Part shown: positions 39,632-50,286 of the stretch, piece by piece
Layout: every line of letters starts with the position of its first letter
Numbering within the stretch: position 1 is the first letter of the stretch
Source of the DNA: a bacterium
GTDB taxonomy: Bacteria > Krumholzibacteriota > Krumholzibacteriia > G020349025
Reading direction: 5' to 3'
Length of the DNA stretch: 64,000 bases
Assembly: GCA_031362565.1 (NCBI GenBank)
Contig: JANLSU010000067.1
Span: 32,001-96,000 of the forward strand
Program-made: the position numbers and the translations under genes
Notes under the pieces: model-generated
Told to the model about the DNA's origin: nothing
The model's database searches: none
What the model saw: the letters and a program-made list of their open reading frames with translations, nothing else

Positions 39632-41125
39632 TTAGATATCGCCGCGCACGATGACGTCGCGGGCCCCATCCCAGCTCCATAAACGAAACCGTTGGAGTGG
39701 TGGCGCCGGTTCGCCGGGCGGCGGCGTGTCTTCCTGCACCCACCACAGTTCGAAACTCGAAAGCCGGTGATCGGGCGGCGTGGGGCGCGAAAGCCCGGCG
39801 AGCCAATGCGAGAAGTAGATCCAGTAGGGCCGGTTGGCCGGCAAGCTCAGCACGAAGAGGTACATCCGCCACATGGGCGAGCGGACCGTCGACAATCCCG
39901 CCGGCTTGTCCCAAACCGGCGCGCGCCCGGTGAGTGGATCGAACGGTTGGCCCAACTCGGTGACACCCTGTACGACCCACCATCCATCGTGCCGCAACGG
40001 ATCCGGCGCGAACATGCGCCAGCCTTGGCGAAGGTCGAGCACGATCGACGGTGCTTGCAGCCACAACGGCACCGCCGCCGGCTTGGACCCCGCCAGCCTG
40101 CCGAACGTCACCGCGTAACTGTTGGCGATCATGCTGGTGAGCAAGATCGCCGTGACGCCGTTGAAGATGTGTTCTTGCACCCCGCCCGGCGCGATGTGTG
40201 CGGCGCTCTTCGCCTTGCCGGCGGTGCGCCGCGCCGGCCGGCCCCAGCGTGAGCTCACCCGCGCCAGCCAGCGCCAATCGTCATCGCCCAGGAGCAACGC
40301 GTAGCCGATGATCATGACGAACGGAAACGTACTCAAAACAAGCGCTACGGCGGTGCCCAGGTGAAAGGTGACCAGCGCCACGATCGCAATGCGCCGCAGA
40401 AGCGGTTGCGGGCGCGGCAAGAAGAAGAACAGCAGCACGCTGTACTCGAGTCCGAGCGTCGCCCAGGTCAAGAACTTCAGGACCGGCAGCGGCCAGCGGC
40501 CGATGGCGAGTCCAAGCGGCGTCGCGAATTGGTCGAGGTGGAGAACGTAGTAGATCGCCGTACCTTCGCCGTGCCACGTCACGCCCGATTTCGCGACCGC
40601 GGTCGTGAAGTAGATGAAGCCAATTTGGAAGATGATCGCGAAAGCCGCCAGCGACGGCCGGCAGCGCTCGGGCGGCGGCGATCCGCCGTGCCGCGCGGCG
40701 CGCCGTGCGTCCAGTGACCAGCGCGCGCCGAGCGGCACGAACCACGTCCAAACCGCGAGCGCCGTCAGCACGCCGTCGCCGCCGTGCGACATGAGCGGAT
40801 TCCGGCTCCGGGCGCTCACCAGAAAGATCAAACTTCCGAGATGCACCCAGCGCGTTCGCCAGCCGAGGAGCAGCGCCACGTGGCACGCCGCTCCGCAGAT
40901 GAATGCGAGCCGGGCGGCGCCGGCCGTCTTGATCAAGTCGAAGAGCGAAAAATGCAGCGGTGCGAAGGCCGGCACCGGCAGGACGCCCGAAACGGTGTAG
41001 AACGCCTCGATGTTGACCCAGCGTTCGCCGAGGTCGTACAGGAGGACCAATGCGAGGAGAATCCGAAACAGTGCCAGCGACCGCGTGTCAATCGTGAACC
41101 AGAAGTCTCGCAGGGAAGAGCGCAT
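39632..41125 (-). CDS. HTTM-domain membrane protein (vitamin K-dependent gamma-carboxylase-like family)
   Basis: [22 protein letters not shown]....[12 protein letters not shown]...IYF.T...[13 protein letters not shown]. Confidence 0.8.
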   Translation of the reverse strand: MRSSLRDFWFTIDTRSLALFRILLALVLLYDLGERWVNIEAFYTVSGVLPVPAFAPLHFSLFDLIKTAGAARLAFICGAACHVALLLGWRTRWVHLGSLIFLVSARSRNPLMSHGGDGVLTALAVWTWFVPLGARWSLDARRAARHGGSPPPERCRPSLAAFAIIFQIGFIYFTTAVAKSGVTWHGEGTAIYYVLHLDQFATPLGLAIGRWPLPVLKFLTWATLGLEYSVLLFFFLPRPQPLLRRIAIVALVTFHLGTAVALVLSTFPFVMIIGYALLLGDDDWRWLARVSSRWGRPARRTAGKAKSAAHIAPGGVQEHIFNGVTAILLTSMIANSYAVTFGRLAGSKPAAVPLWLQAPSIVLDLRQGWRMFAPDPLRHDGWWVVQGVTELGQPFDPLTGRAPVWDKPAGLSTVRSPMWRMYLFVLSLPANRPYWIYFSHWLAGLSRPTPPDHRLSSFELWWVQEDTPPPGEPAPPLQRFRLWSWDGARDVIVRGDI

Positions 41126-41214
41126 GTGGCGCAGTATACCATGCTCGACAGTCCCCGGCGCGCCGCTGCCGGGTTCGCCTGTGGCGTGTGACGCGCTCAG
41201 TGACCCGGAGCCCG

Positions 41215-41243
41215 TTCCAAGGCCTGTCGCGATCCATTAGAAT
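41215..41243 (+). promoter_or_regulatory. sigma70-like promoter of uvrA
   Basis: TTCCAA-N17-TAGAAT. Confidence 0.5.
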
Positions 41244-41310
41244 GTGGGCCTTGATTCGCTGGCCTGATCCCCGACGGCCACAGGGTTCATTGCGAACGGC
41301 AGGTGCTTCC

Positions 41311-44193
41311 GTGTCGGTTCAAGATCGTCGCGTCGTAACCAAGGTGACTCCGAAGGCGGCGGCGCCGCGGCGGCCGGCCGGCGCTGATGAACGCCCGATC
41401 ATCGTGCGCGGTGCGCGCGAGCACAATTTGAAGAACGTCGACGTGGTGTTGCCGCGCAACGCCTTCATCGTCATTACCGGGCTGTCGGGATCGGGGAAAT
41501 CGTCGCTCGCCTTCGACACGATCTACGCCGAGGGCCAGCGCCGCTATGTGGAGTCGTTGTCGGCCTATGCGCGCCAATTCCTCGGCCAGATGGAAAAGCC
41601 CGATGTCGACCGCATCGAAGGGTTGTCGCCGGCCATTTCGATCGAACAGCGGACGACGTCCCACAACCCGCGCTCGACGGTTGGCACGACCACCGAAATC
41701 TACGATTATTTGCGGCTCCTCTACGCGCGCATCGGCACGCCGCACTGCTATCAGTGCGGCGCCGAAATTCGCCAGCAATCCATCGCCCAGATGGTGGAGC
41801 AGGTGCTGCGCCTGCCGGCCGGCACGCGCATTCTGGTGCTGGCGCCCATCGTCCGCGGCCGCAAGGGCGAACACCGCAAAGTGTTCTCGGACCTCGAGCA
41901 GCAGGGCTTCGTGCGCATGCGGGTCAACGGCGACATCGTGCCGGTCGACACCGAGGTCAGGCTCGAGCGCAACAAGAAACACAACGTCGAGGTCGTCGTG
42001 GACCGGCTCGTGGTCGACCCCAAGTCGCAGCGGCGGCTGGCCGATTCGCTCGAGACCGCGGTGCGCGTCGGCGGCGGCATCGCCCTCGTCGAGACCGGCG
42101 GCAAGGAAATGCTCTTCAGCCAGCTCTACGCCTGTGCCGACTGCGGCACGTCGTTCGAAGAATTGGCGCCGCGCATGTTCTCGTTCAACAGCCCCTACGG
42201 CGCGTGCCCCGAATGCAACGGCTTGGGCCGCAAACGTGAAATCAGCATCGATCTCTTGGTGCCCGATCCCGCCAAGTCGATTCGCGACGGCGCCATTCAG
42301 AGCCAAGGCGCTCTCCAAGGGACGTGGGCCGGCACACTCATCACGAGCGTGGCGCGCGAACACAAGATCGACCTCGATAAACCGTTCAAGAAACTCACCA
42401 AGAAAGAACGCAGCCTGCTCCTGTACGGCACCGAGGAACGCGTCAAGGTGCGCTATGAGAGCGCGCACGGCAAAGCGGAGTTCCAGGCGAAGTTCGAAGG
42501 CTTGGTGCCGCGCCTCCTGCGCCGGTACCGGGAGACCAACTCGGACGAGATCCGCACCTGGATCGAATCCTTCATGCGCCTCGAAGATTGTCCGGCCTGC
42601 GAGGGGCGGCGCCTGCGCCCCGAAAGCTTGGCAGTGCGCGTCGGCGGCATCGATATCGGCGCCTTCTGCGATCGATCGATCAAGGAAGCGCTGGCCTTCG
42701 TCGACCAACTCCAATTGCAAGGCAATCAAGAAATCATCGGCGGCCTGATCCTGCGCGAAGTGCGGGCCCGGCTGGGGTTCCTGAACGACGTCGGCTTGGC
42801 GTATCTCGCCCTGTCGCGTTCGGCCGACAGTTTGTCGGGCGGCGAGGCGCAGCGCATCCGGCTCGCCACCCAAATCGGCTCCAAGTTGGTCGGCGTCCTG
42901 TACATCCTGGACGAGCCGAGCATCGGCTTGCACCATCGCGACAACCAACGGCTCATCGCCACGCTCCGCGAACTGCAGCGCGGCGGCAACACGGTCATCG
43001 TCGTCGAGCACGACAAAGACACCATCTTGGCCGCCGACCATGTCGTGGATTTGGGTCCCGGGGCCGGCGAACATGGCGGGTATATCGTCGCGAGCGGCAC
43101 GCCGGCCGCGATCGTCGCCAATCCGAACAGCCTGACCGGCCAGTACTTGTCGGGGAAGCGCCGGATTCCGGTGCCGGAAACGGCTAGGCCCGGCAACGGC
43201 CGGGCGATCGTGGTGCGCGGCGCGCGCGCCAACAACCTGCGCGGCATCGACATCGCCATTCCGCTCGGCAAGTTGGTGGCGGTGACCGGCGTTTCGGGTT
43301 CCGGCAAATCGACCTTCGTGAACGACATTTTGTACCGCGCCCTGGCCCAGCACTTTCACAACGCCAAGGAAGCGCCGGGCCCGCATGCTGGGATCGACGG
43401 GCTCGAACACATCGACAAGGTCATCGACATCGACCAATCACCCATCGGGCGGACGCCGCGTTCGAATCCCGCCACCTACACCGGCGCCTTCACTTTGGTG
43501 CGGGATTTGTTCGGGCAACTGCCCGAATCGAAAGTGCGGGGCTACAAACCCGGCCGTTTCAGCTTCAATGTCAAGGGCGGCAGGTGCGAGGCCTGCGAAG
43601 GCGACGGCATCAAGAAGATCGAAATGCACTTCCTGCCCGACGTCTACGTGAAGTGCGAAGTGTGCAAAGGGCAACGCTACAACCGCGAAACACTCGAGGT
43701 GGCATACCGCGGCAAGAACATCGCCGACGTGCTCGACATGACGGTCGAAGAGGCCCATCAGTTCCTGCAGAACGTGCCGACGATCCGCCGCAAGATGGAG
43801 ACCCTGGAAAGCGTCGGGCTGGGTTACATCCGGCTCGGCCAGCAAGCGACGACGCTGTCGGGCGGCGAGGCGCAGCGGGTCAAGCTGGCGACCGAACTTT
43901 CCAAGATGGGCACCGGGCGGACGTTGTACCTGCTCGACGAGCCGACCACCGGGCTGCACTTCGAGGATGTGCGCATGCTGCTCTTGGTGCTGAACCGGCT
44001 CGTCGACAAGGGCAACACCGTGCTGGTGATCGAGCACAATCCCGACATGATCAAGACCGCCGACCACATCATCGATTTGGGCCCTGAAGGCGGCGGCGAG
44101 GGCGGGGCGTTGGTCGCGCAAGGCACGCCGCGCGAAGTGGCGCGTGTCGGCGCCTCGTACACCGGCGCGATGCTGCGCGAAGTGCTCGATTGA
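41311..44193 (+). CDS. uvrA: Excinuclease ABC subunit A
   Basis: [32 protein letters not shown], two ABC domains, LSGGEAQR, Zn fingers. Start chosen at GTG after GCAGGT. Confidence 0.97.
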   Translation: MSVQDRRVVTKVTPKAAAPRRPAGADERPIIVRGAREHNLKNVDVVLPRNAFIVITGLSGSGKSSLAFDTIYAEGQRRYVESLSAYARQFLGQMEKPDVDRIEGLSPAISIEQRTTSHNPRSTVGTTTEIYDYLRLLYARIGTPHCYQCGAEIRQQSIAQMVEQVLRLPAGTRILVLAPIVRGRKGEHRKVFSDLEQQGFVRMRVNGDIVPVDTEVRLERNKKHNVEVVVDRLVVDPKSQRRLADSLETAVRVGGGIALVETGGKEMLFSQLYACADCGTSFEELAPRMFSFNSPYGACPECNGLGRKREISIDLLVPDPAKSIRDGAIQSQGALQGTWAGTLITSVAREHKIDLDKPFKKLTKKERSLLLYGTEERVKVRYESAHGKAEFQAKFEGLVPRLLRRYRETNSDEIRTWIESFMRLEDCPACEGRRLRPESLAVRVGGIDIGAFCDRSIKEALAFVDQLQLQGNQEIIGGLILREVRARLGFLNDVGLAYLALSRSADSLSGGEAQRIRLATQIGSKLVGVLYILDEPSIGLHHRDNQRLIATLRELQRGGNTVIVVEHDKDTILAADHVVDLGPGAGEHGGYIVASGTPAAIVANPNSLTGQYLSGKRRIPVPETARPGNGRAIVVRGARANNLRGIDIAIPLGKLVAVTGVSGSGKSTFVNDILYRALAQHFHNAKEAPGPHAGIDGLEHIDKVIDIDQSPIGRTPRSNPATYTGAFTLVRDLFGQLPESKVRGYKPGRFSFNVKGGRCEACEGDGIKKIEMHFLPDVYVKCEVCKGQRYNRETLEVAYRGKNIADVLDMTVEEAHQFLQNVPTIRRKMETLESVGLGYIRLGQQATTLSGGEAQRVKLATELSKMGTGRTLYLLDEPTTGLHFEDVRMLLLVLNRLVDKGNTVLVIEHNPDMIKTADHIIDLGPEGGGEGGALVAQGTPREVARVGASYTGAMLREVLD

Positions 44194-44197
44194 CGGT

Positions 44198-45916
44198 TCA
44201 GGGCGTGCGGCACGCCGCGAGCTTCGCCTGCAATGCCGGCCGTGCTGCCGCCGGCGCATAGACGAGCGCGGCTTCGTAGTGCCGGGCTGCCACGTCGAGG
44301 CGTTCCCGATCGTGTTCGAGATCGCCGGCCAGTTCGTGGCAATACAGCAGTTCCTCACTGGATGGCAAACCGGTGCGCGCCGCCTCAGCATGCAGCGCGC
44401 GCAAGACGCGCCCGAGCGCTGCAAGCGCCGGTTCAATACGGCCGCGTGCCGCCTCGGTGTTGGCAATGTTGATGTCGACCCGCCAGGCGTCGGGCGATGC
44501 GGCGCGCACCGCTTCGAACTCGCGCAATGCCTCGTCATAGCGCCCGGCCTGGAAGAACATTTCGCCGGTGTTGACTCGCAGCACCACTGGGTCACGCGGC
44601 ACCCGCGCCAGCGACGTGAGCCCGGCAAAGGCCGCGACGGCGATCGAGCCGGCTGCAACCGGACGCCAGGCGCGGGCGCGCCAGTGCACGAAGGCCCTTT
44701 CGCACCCCGCCGCGGCAAACGGCACCGCCAGCGCCACGACATGCAATCGAAACCGCTCGAACAGGAAGAACGGCACGATCGCCGCCGCGCTGGCGCCGAG
44801 CGCCACATGCAGCGGCCACAACTCGCGCCGCCGCCTTGTTGCGAAGAGACCAACGAATGCGAGCGGCAAAATGAGCGCCGGGCCGCAGAGTGGATTCCGC
44901 AACCCACGCACCCAGCGGCCGGCCTCTGCCGTCGACAGCACGTCGGCCAATTCCCACGGGCCGCACAACAGTCCAACCTTGCGGACGAAGAGCCGGGCGG
45001 CAGCCGCCGGTTGGTCGCGCCACCAGGCCCAGCCTTGGCCGCTCCAGTAACGCGTCACTTCCGAAGGGCGCGCCGCGTGTCCGAGGCCGAGGCTCGCGAG
45101 CTGCACTGCATCCGCTTCTTCTTGCGCCGGGTCGAAGCGATCCGGCCGCAACGGCACATAGCTGCCGTCCGCACCCGCATGATTGCCGATATAGAAGTTG
45201 GTGCCGCCACCGAATGCGAACGGCACCGGGTCACCGCTCCAGGCGCGGTTCTGCAGCGTCGGCAGTGCGATCGCGATCGCGAGCCCGACGACGATCGCCA
45301 CCGGCCCCCACGTCACCGGTGCACCGGGCCACCGCCGCGCTCGCGCCACGAGTCCTGCACCCGCAAGCGCCACGCCGACCAAGACCAGTTCACCGCGCAA
45401 CAGGGTTGCCGCAGCGAGCCAGAGTGCTGCCGCACACCAGCGGCGTCCCGGTGCCACGCCTGCCGCGGTGCGATCGGGCAACAGGCGATCCAGCGCCGCG
45501 AGCACCGCGAGCGTCGCAAACGATGTTTTCAACAGCAGAAGCTCTTGTAGGAGCGCCACCGGTGCGATCGCGAACATCCCGGCCGCGATGCCGGCCGCGA
45601 CACGGCCGGCGACCTGGCGTCCGATTCGCCACACGAGCCACGCACTCGTTGCGCCGGCCACGAGCTGCAGCAGCTTGATCGTCGCCGGATTCGCACCGAG
45701 CGCCATGAGCCCCGCGAGCACGTACGCATAGCCCGGCGCCACGTACCACGCACCGTGCGCGGGAGCGGCGTGCGCCAAGAGCCGGCGCGCCAGATCGAGG
45801 TAGGCGCTCTCGTCCACCAACGGCACGGTCCAGAACGGCGCGTCGCGCGCCTCGAGGAACACGACACCGCGGACGGCGACCGCGAGTGCCAGCACGCCCA
45901 GTGCATCGCGCTTCAC
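44198..45916 (-). CDS. GT-C (GT39/ArnT-like) membrane glycosyltransferase with C-terminal TPRs
   Basis: PLVDESAY, PGY.Y.LA, multi-TM, GGTNFYIGNH, ERFRL, C-terminal TPRs. GTGA overlap with the upstream gene. Confidence 0.75.
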   Translation of the reverse strand: MKRDALGVLALAVAVRGVVFLEARDAPFWTVPLVDESAYLDLARRLLAHAAPAHGAWYVAPGYAYVLAGLMALGANPATIKLLQLVAGATSAWLVWRIGRQVAGRVAAGIAAGMFAIAPVALLQELLLLKTSFATLAVLAALDRLLPDRTAAGVAPGRRWCAAALWLAAATLLRGELVLVGVALAGAGLVARARRWPGAPVTWGPVAIVVGLAIAIALPTLQNRAWSGDPVPFAFGGGTNFYIGNHAGADGSYVPLRPDRFDPAQEEADAVQLASLGLGHAARPSEVTRYWSGQGWAWWRDQPAAAARLFVRKVGLLCGPWELADVLSTAEAGRWVRGLRNPLCGPALILPLAFVGLFATRRRRELWPLHVALGASAAAIVPFFLFERFRLHVVALAVPFAAAGCERAFVHWRARAWRPVAAGSIAVAAFAGLTSLARVPRDPVVLRVNTGEMFFQAGRYDEALREFEAVRAASPDAWRVDINIANTEAARGRIEPALAALGRVLRALHAEAARTGLPSSEELLYCHELAGDLEHDRERLDVAARHYEAALVYAPAAARPALQAKLAACRTP

Positions 45917-47634
45917 GATCCGCCTCCCGGTTCGCTTGCCGCGGCACGGGCGCGCGCCCGCACCAAGCGCGGATCGCGCGTGCCGCGCAACACGCGCCCG
46001 AGCGCCGCCCAACGCCCCGGGGCAAACAACGGCGCGCGCGTCACGAGCGCGACGTCATCCCAGTAGGGCGCGAGATCGGGATCGGCAAGGTGGTTCGTAC
46101 CGGTCAGCAGAGTCGCGAAATAGCCTTCGGGCAGGCGGCGGACGTAGTGGCCGGCGCGAAACCGCAGCGCTGCCAGGCGTGGCGCGAAGCGCGCCAACAA
46201 TGGATCGGGATCGAGGGCCGGAAGGCGCGCCAACAGTGGATCGCCGAGCCCGTAGAGATCCACGACATGTAAGCCCGGGCCCGCATACCAGCCGTACACG
46301 CCAACCGCCGGAGCGAGCACGACGGGGCGCAGCCGGCCGGCCGCGACCGCTTGCTCGGCGCCTGCCGGCAATGCGTCGCCCTCGGGCACGATGCCGATCG
46401 TGCGGCACAGATCGACGAGCGGATCTACGGCCCACGATTGCCGCGCCTCGGCCACGGCGCCCGCGGTCGCCGGATCGGGCCACGGGGTCGTGCCGCGCTC
46501 GGCCCGCCAACTCGTGAGCGGCGCATAGAAGGCGCGTTCGTCGGCGATGCCGCGCGCATCGATGGTGCGCTCGAGACGCGAGGCGCGCGGGTCGGTGCGA
46601 TGCAGCCATCCACCGGGTGCGAAGAGCGCAAGGAGGACGCAAGCCGGGGCCCACACCGCGGCCTGCCGGCGTGTCCAGTTGTGCCGCGCGACGATCGCCG
46701 CGCTCGCGACAATGCAGGTGGTGACGAAGCGGCCGCGCATGAAATCGCCGCCGACCAGCACCACGGTCACGAGATGCAGCACGATCCCGAGCCCGAGAGC
46801 GCTTTCGGGCGTCAAGGCGCGGGCTCTTTGAACGGCGCGCCAAGCGATGAAAATTGCGCCGCCGACTGCGATCGCGCCGACCGGATCGCCGGTGAACGAA
46901 CTCACGAGCGTGCCGAACCCGTGGGCGGCAAGAATTCCGGCGCCGAAACCGCTCGTCAGCTTCGCGACCGCACTGTTCGGCAGCCAGGAGCCGTAGTAGA
47001 AAGCGGCGAACAGTTCCCAGGCGATCAGTGGCAGCGCGCCCAGACCGAGCGCCTTGAGCGCGGCGCGCCGCGGCGTCCGTGCTGCGCACCAGGCAAGCGC
47101 CGGCGCCAAGAGCACGATGCCGTCCAGCCGGGTGCAAGCGGCAAGGCTGGCGGCGAGCGCCAGGACGCGCAAGCGTGGGGTGGGGGATGCGAGGAGCTCG
47201 GCCGCGAACCACACGACGCACAGGTGGGCGAGCGGATTCTCGAGGCCCGATGTCGCATAGTCGGTACAGGCGCTGGAGAGCGCGAGGATCGTGGCGGCGG
47301 CTGCCGCGCCGCTCGCCGACCGCGCGACGCGGCGAACGAGAACCACCGCCATGATCCCCGACACCAGAAGGCCGAGAAGCATGGTCGAGTGGTAGTCCTC
47401 GCGCGTCACGGTGGTCGTGGCGGTGAGTGCGAGCATCCAGAGTGGATGGGTGAAGGTCTGCACGCGCTCGGCAGCATTCCAGCGCGGTCCCAGGCCGTGG
47501 CGCAGATTGTCGACGCTGCGCAGCGTGATGAACGCATCGTCGCAAACCCACGCCTTCGCGGCCGCGAGTGCGAGGAAGAGGACGAGCAAGAGCCAAGGGC
47601 TCGACGCCGCGGCACGGCCGCTCAGAGAACGCAT
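45913..47634 (-). CDS. AftB-like arabinofuranosyltransferase-family GT-C protein
   Basis: WVCDDAFITLRSVDN...G.RWNA.ERVQ.FTHPLW, YATSGLENPL, TRLD, YYG..LPN....K, GGDFM.GRF, D..GL.DP..ARLP, RAGH..R. Confidence 0.8.
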   Translation of the reverse strand: MRSLSGRAAASSPWLLLVLFLALAAAKAWVCDDAFITLRSVDNLRHGLGPRWNAAERVQTFTHPLWMLALTATTTVTREDYHSTMLLGLLVSGIMAVVLVRRVARSASGAAAAATILALSSACTDYATSGLENPLAHLCVVWFAAELLASPTPRLRVLALAASLAACTRLDGIVLLAPALAWCAARTPRRAALKALGLGALPLIAWELFAAFYYGSWLPNSAVAKLTSGFGAGILAAHGFGTLVSSFTGDPVGAIAVGGAIFIAWRAVQRARALTPESALGLGIVLHLVTVVLVGGDFMRGRFVTTCIVASAAIVARHNWTRRQAAVWAPACVLLALFAPGGWLHRTDPRASRLERTIDARGIADERAFYAPLTSWRAERGTTPWPDPATAGAVAEARQSWAVDPLVDLCRTIGIVPEGDALPAGAEQAVAAGRLRPVVLAPAVGVYGWYAGPGLHVVDLYGLGDPLLARLPALDPDPLLARFAPRLAALRFRAGHYVRRLPEGYFATLLTGTNHLADPDLAPYWDDVALVTRAPLFAPGRWAALGRVLRGTRDPRLVRARARAAASEPGGGS

Positions 47635-47675
47635 TGCCAGGACGTTATCGGCCCAACCGTGCCGTGGTCAATCGC

Positions 47676-48302
47676 TCACGCTTGGCGGGCGCCAAGTTCC
47701 GGGTCGAATTCCGGTGCGAGCCCGGAGCCGGGCGCTACGAGCTGCCGCGCGGCAGCGGCGATGGCGCCGAACTCGCACGCGAATTGGGCGTGATGGTGGG
47801 TGCTGGTGCCGGCGATCCAGAGATCGAAAGTGGCGCCGTCGTGACTCGGCCACGCGACGAGCCAGATATGCTTGCGCGCCGACCGGCTGAGAAGGAATCC
47901 GCTCAAGAGAGCGCCGGCGCTGGCGGCAACCGCCGGGGCGCGTGCCGCGAGGGCAAAAATGAAGACGGCGACGTTCATCACGTCGCCGTCCCACGAACGC
48001 TGGCGGAGGTCGCGCCCCAGCTCACTTCCCACCAGCGTCGCAATCGACAATCCAACGAGGCCCAAGACCATGAGTCGGCGCGCCAAACGTGGCGATGGTC
48101 CTTGGCGCAGACTCGCACTCCGAACCCCGTCTTGCGTCCCGGCCGGCCCGTCGAAAAGGCGCAATCGCAAGTAGCGGTGGAGTGCGTCGAAAACCGTCGC
48201 GTCGGCAGCGCGCAGGAGCGCGTGGTGCCGGAAGTCACACGGCACGGACGGAGCGGCCGTCCATGGCCCGCGGCGCTGGCAATTCAAGTCACGATCGTGC
48301 AT
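47676..48302 (-). CDS. Hypothetical membrane protein
   Basis: 3' part of the long minus ORF, lying in otherwise empty space. AGGA precedes ATG 48302, there are two hydrophobic segments, and a sigma54-like motif sits upstream. Confidence 0.45.
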   Translation of the reverse strand: MHDRDLNCQRRGPWTAAPSVPCDFRHHALLRAADATVFDALHRYLRLRLFDGPAGTQDGVRSASLRQGPSPRLARRLMVLGLVGLSIATLVGSELGRDLRQRSWDGDVMNVAVFIFALAARAPAVAASAGALLSGFLLSRSARKHIWLVAWPSHDGATFDLWIAGTSTHHHAQFACEFGAIAAAARQLVAPGSGLAPEFDPELGARQA

Positions 48303-48360
48303 CGCCCAGGGTCCTGCTCGCTCGTGTGCGCGTGCGCCGTCTAAGTCCTGTATTCCACCA

Positions 48361-48376
48361 TGCGATTCCAGTGCCA
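48361..48376 (-). promoter_or_regulatory. Putative sigma54 promoter
   Basis: Minus strand reads TGGCACTGGAATCGCA, versus consensus TGGCAC-N5-TTGCA. Confidence 0.55.
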
Positions 48377-48608
48377 TCGCGATCGCACCCCGCGCCGGGC
48401 GTGGCGTTGAACGCCGGAAGCCGTTGTCCGGCAATCGCCTCGGGGCCCGGCTTGGGCGCCGGCCGGGCGCACCGGATGCGGGCCGATGCGGTGTCGATTG
48501 ACAAAATGGCCCGGGGCTTGGGGCGCGGGGCCGTTTGGCGCGACAAGTTGTCGCCACCGCCGCGTGCCGGGGAAGCCCGAGGATGGCACGCGATGGGCGG
48601 GGCGCGGG

Positions 48609-48637
48609 TTTACGGACGGGCGGCGGAACTGTATGAT
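48609..48637 (+). promoter_or_regulatory. sigma70 promoter of gcv operon
   Basis: TTTACG-N17-TATGAT. Confidence 0.6.
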
Positions 48638-48713
48638 GCCGCGGTCGCGCGCCCAAAGCGCATTCCTCGCGCCGCACTTCCGCGCCGGCATCCACCGGAG
48701 GGCTTAGGTTCCC

Positions 48714-49832
48714 TTGAACGCCAATCCGCAGCGCACCCCGCTGTACGACCGCCATGTTGCGCTCGGCGCCAAGATGGTCGACTTTGCCGGCTGGGCGATG
48801 CCGGTCCAATATGACGGCTTGATCGCCGAACACCGCCGCGTTCGCACCACGGTCGGGATCTTCGACGTCAGCCACATGGGGGAGTTGTATTTCGAGGGCC
48901 CGGGCGCCTTGGCGACCCTCGACAACATGGCCACCAATGACGTCGCGGCGCTGGTCGACGGCCAAGTTCTGTATACGGCGCTCTGCAATGCGGCCGGCGG
49001 CGTTCGCGATGACGCCCTCGTGTATCGGGTCTCGGCGACCCAGTTCATGCTCGTCGTGAATGCTTCGAACACCGCTAAGATCGCCGCTTGGTCGCGCGAC
49101 AACTTGGGCGCCGAGACGCGAATGACCGATGTCTCGGACCGCACGGCGCTCATCGCCGTGCAGGGACCGCGGAGCCGCGAAGTCCTCGAAGGCTGCCGGA
49201 CGTTGGGACCTCTGAGTGGCCGCCTGGGTGATCTCCAGTACTACCACTTCGCCGCCGGCGACGTCGCGGGCGCCCCGATGGTGGCGTCGCGCACCGGCTA
49301 TACGGGTGAAGTCGGCTACGAAATCTTCCTTGCCCCGGAGCGCGCCGGCGACCTCTGGGACGAAGTGATGCAACGGGCCGGCCAGGTGGACGGCGGGCCG
49401 ACCGGCCTGGGAGCGCGCGACACGCTGCGCTTCGAAGTTTGTTTCTGCTTGTACGGACACGAATTGCTCGAAGACGTGAGCCCGCTCGAAGCCGGGATCG
49501 GCTGGACCGTGAAGCTCAAGAAGCCGCGCTTCATTGGCCAGGAGGTGCTGGTACGCCAGAAACAGCAAGGCGTGCCGCGCAAACTGCTGGGCTTCGAACT
49601 GGCGGCGGACGAGCGCGCCATCGCACGCCAAGGCTATGAGATTCGCGCCGGCGGCCGCGCGGTTGGCGCGGTGACGAGCGGCACGTGGTCGCCGACCCTC
49701 GAACGCAGTCTGTGCCTCGGGCTCGTCGAATCCGCAGCGGCCGCTTTGCCGCTGACTGTCGTCGTGCGGGGCCGCGAAGTGCCGCTCCGCAGCGTCCCGA
49801 TTCCGTTCCACAAACCCGTGTCGCGCGACTGA
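48714..49832 (+). CDS. gcvT: Glycine cleavage system aminomethyltransferase T
   Basis: RTPLYD.H..LGAKMVDFAGW.MPVQY, FDVSHMGE, RTGYTGE.GYE, GLGARDTLR.E. Confidence 0.96.
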   Translation: MNANPQRTPLYDRHVALGAKMVDFAGWAMPVQYDGLIAEHRRVRTTVGIFDVSHMGELYFEGPGALATLDNMATNDVAALVDGQVLYTALCNAAGGVRDDALVYRVSATQFMLVVNASNTAKIAAWSRDNLGAETRMTDVSDRTALIAVQGPRSREVLEGCRTLGPLSGRLGDLQYYHFAAGDVAGAPMVASRTGYTGEVGYEIFLAPERAGDLWDEVMQRAGQVDGGPTGLGARDTLRFEVCFCLYGHELLEDVSPLEAGIGWTVKLKKPRFIGQEVLVRQKQQGVPRKLLGFELAADERAIARQGYEIRAGGRAVGAVTSGTWSPTLERSLCLGLVESAAAALPLTVVVRGREVPLRSVPIPFHKPVSRD

Positions 49833-49890
49833 AGATGCGCGGCGCGGCTTTTCGTTGGCGCGCTTTCTCTGACGAAGGAGTATCGAAGCC

Positions 49891-50286
49891 ATGGCGCAGA
49901 TCCCGAAAGACCTCAAGTACACCGAGGAACACGAATGGGTGCATCTCTCGGACGACGGCACCGAGGCCACGGTGGGGATCACCGACTTCGCCCAGCACGA
50001 GCTCGGTGACATCGTGTACGTCGAGTTGCCCAAAGAAGGCGACCACATGTCGCACATGGACGTCTTCGGCACCATCGAAGCCGTGAAGACGGTCGCCGAA
50101 CTCTTTGCGCCGGTCTCGGGCGAAGTGATCGAGGTCAACGCCCAACTCGAGGACAGCCCAACGCTCGTCAACGAGAGTCCTTATGAGGATGGTTGGATCG
50201 TGCGCGTCCGCGTCGAGAACAAAGCCGAGTACGATTCGCTGCTGTCACCGGACGACTACAAGGCGCGCATTTCAGAAGGAGCGTAA
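49891..50286 (+). CDS. gcvH: Glycine cleavage system H protein
   Basis: YTEEHEW, GITDFAQ.ELGDIVYVELP, IEAVKT (lipoyl Lys), VNESPYEDGW. Confidence 0.97.
   Translation: MAQIPKDLKYTEEHEWVHLSDDGTEATVGITDFAQHELGDIVYVELPKEGDHMSHMDVFGTIEAVKTVAELFAPVSGEVIEVNAQLEDSPTLVNESPYEDGWIVRVRVENKAEYDSLLSPDDYKARISEGA

Noticed and set aside
48498..48503. Isolated TTGACA
   Set aside because: No -10 hexamer at 16-18 bp.
48377..48713. Glycine riboswitch upstream of gcvT
   Set aside because: No GGAGA...CCGAAG...CUCUCAGG aptamer, and the predicted leader is only ~70 nt.
48303..50171. 831-aa minus ORF 47676..50171
   Set aside because: Mostly an antisense shadow of gcvT/gcvH in high-GC DNA. Only the 3' ~208 codons were kept, tentatively.
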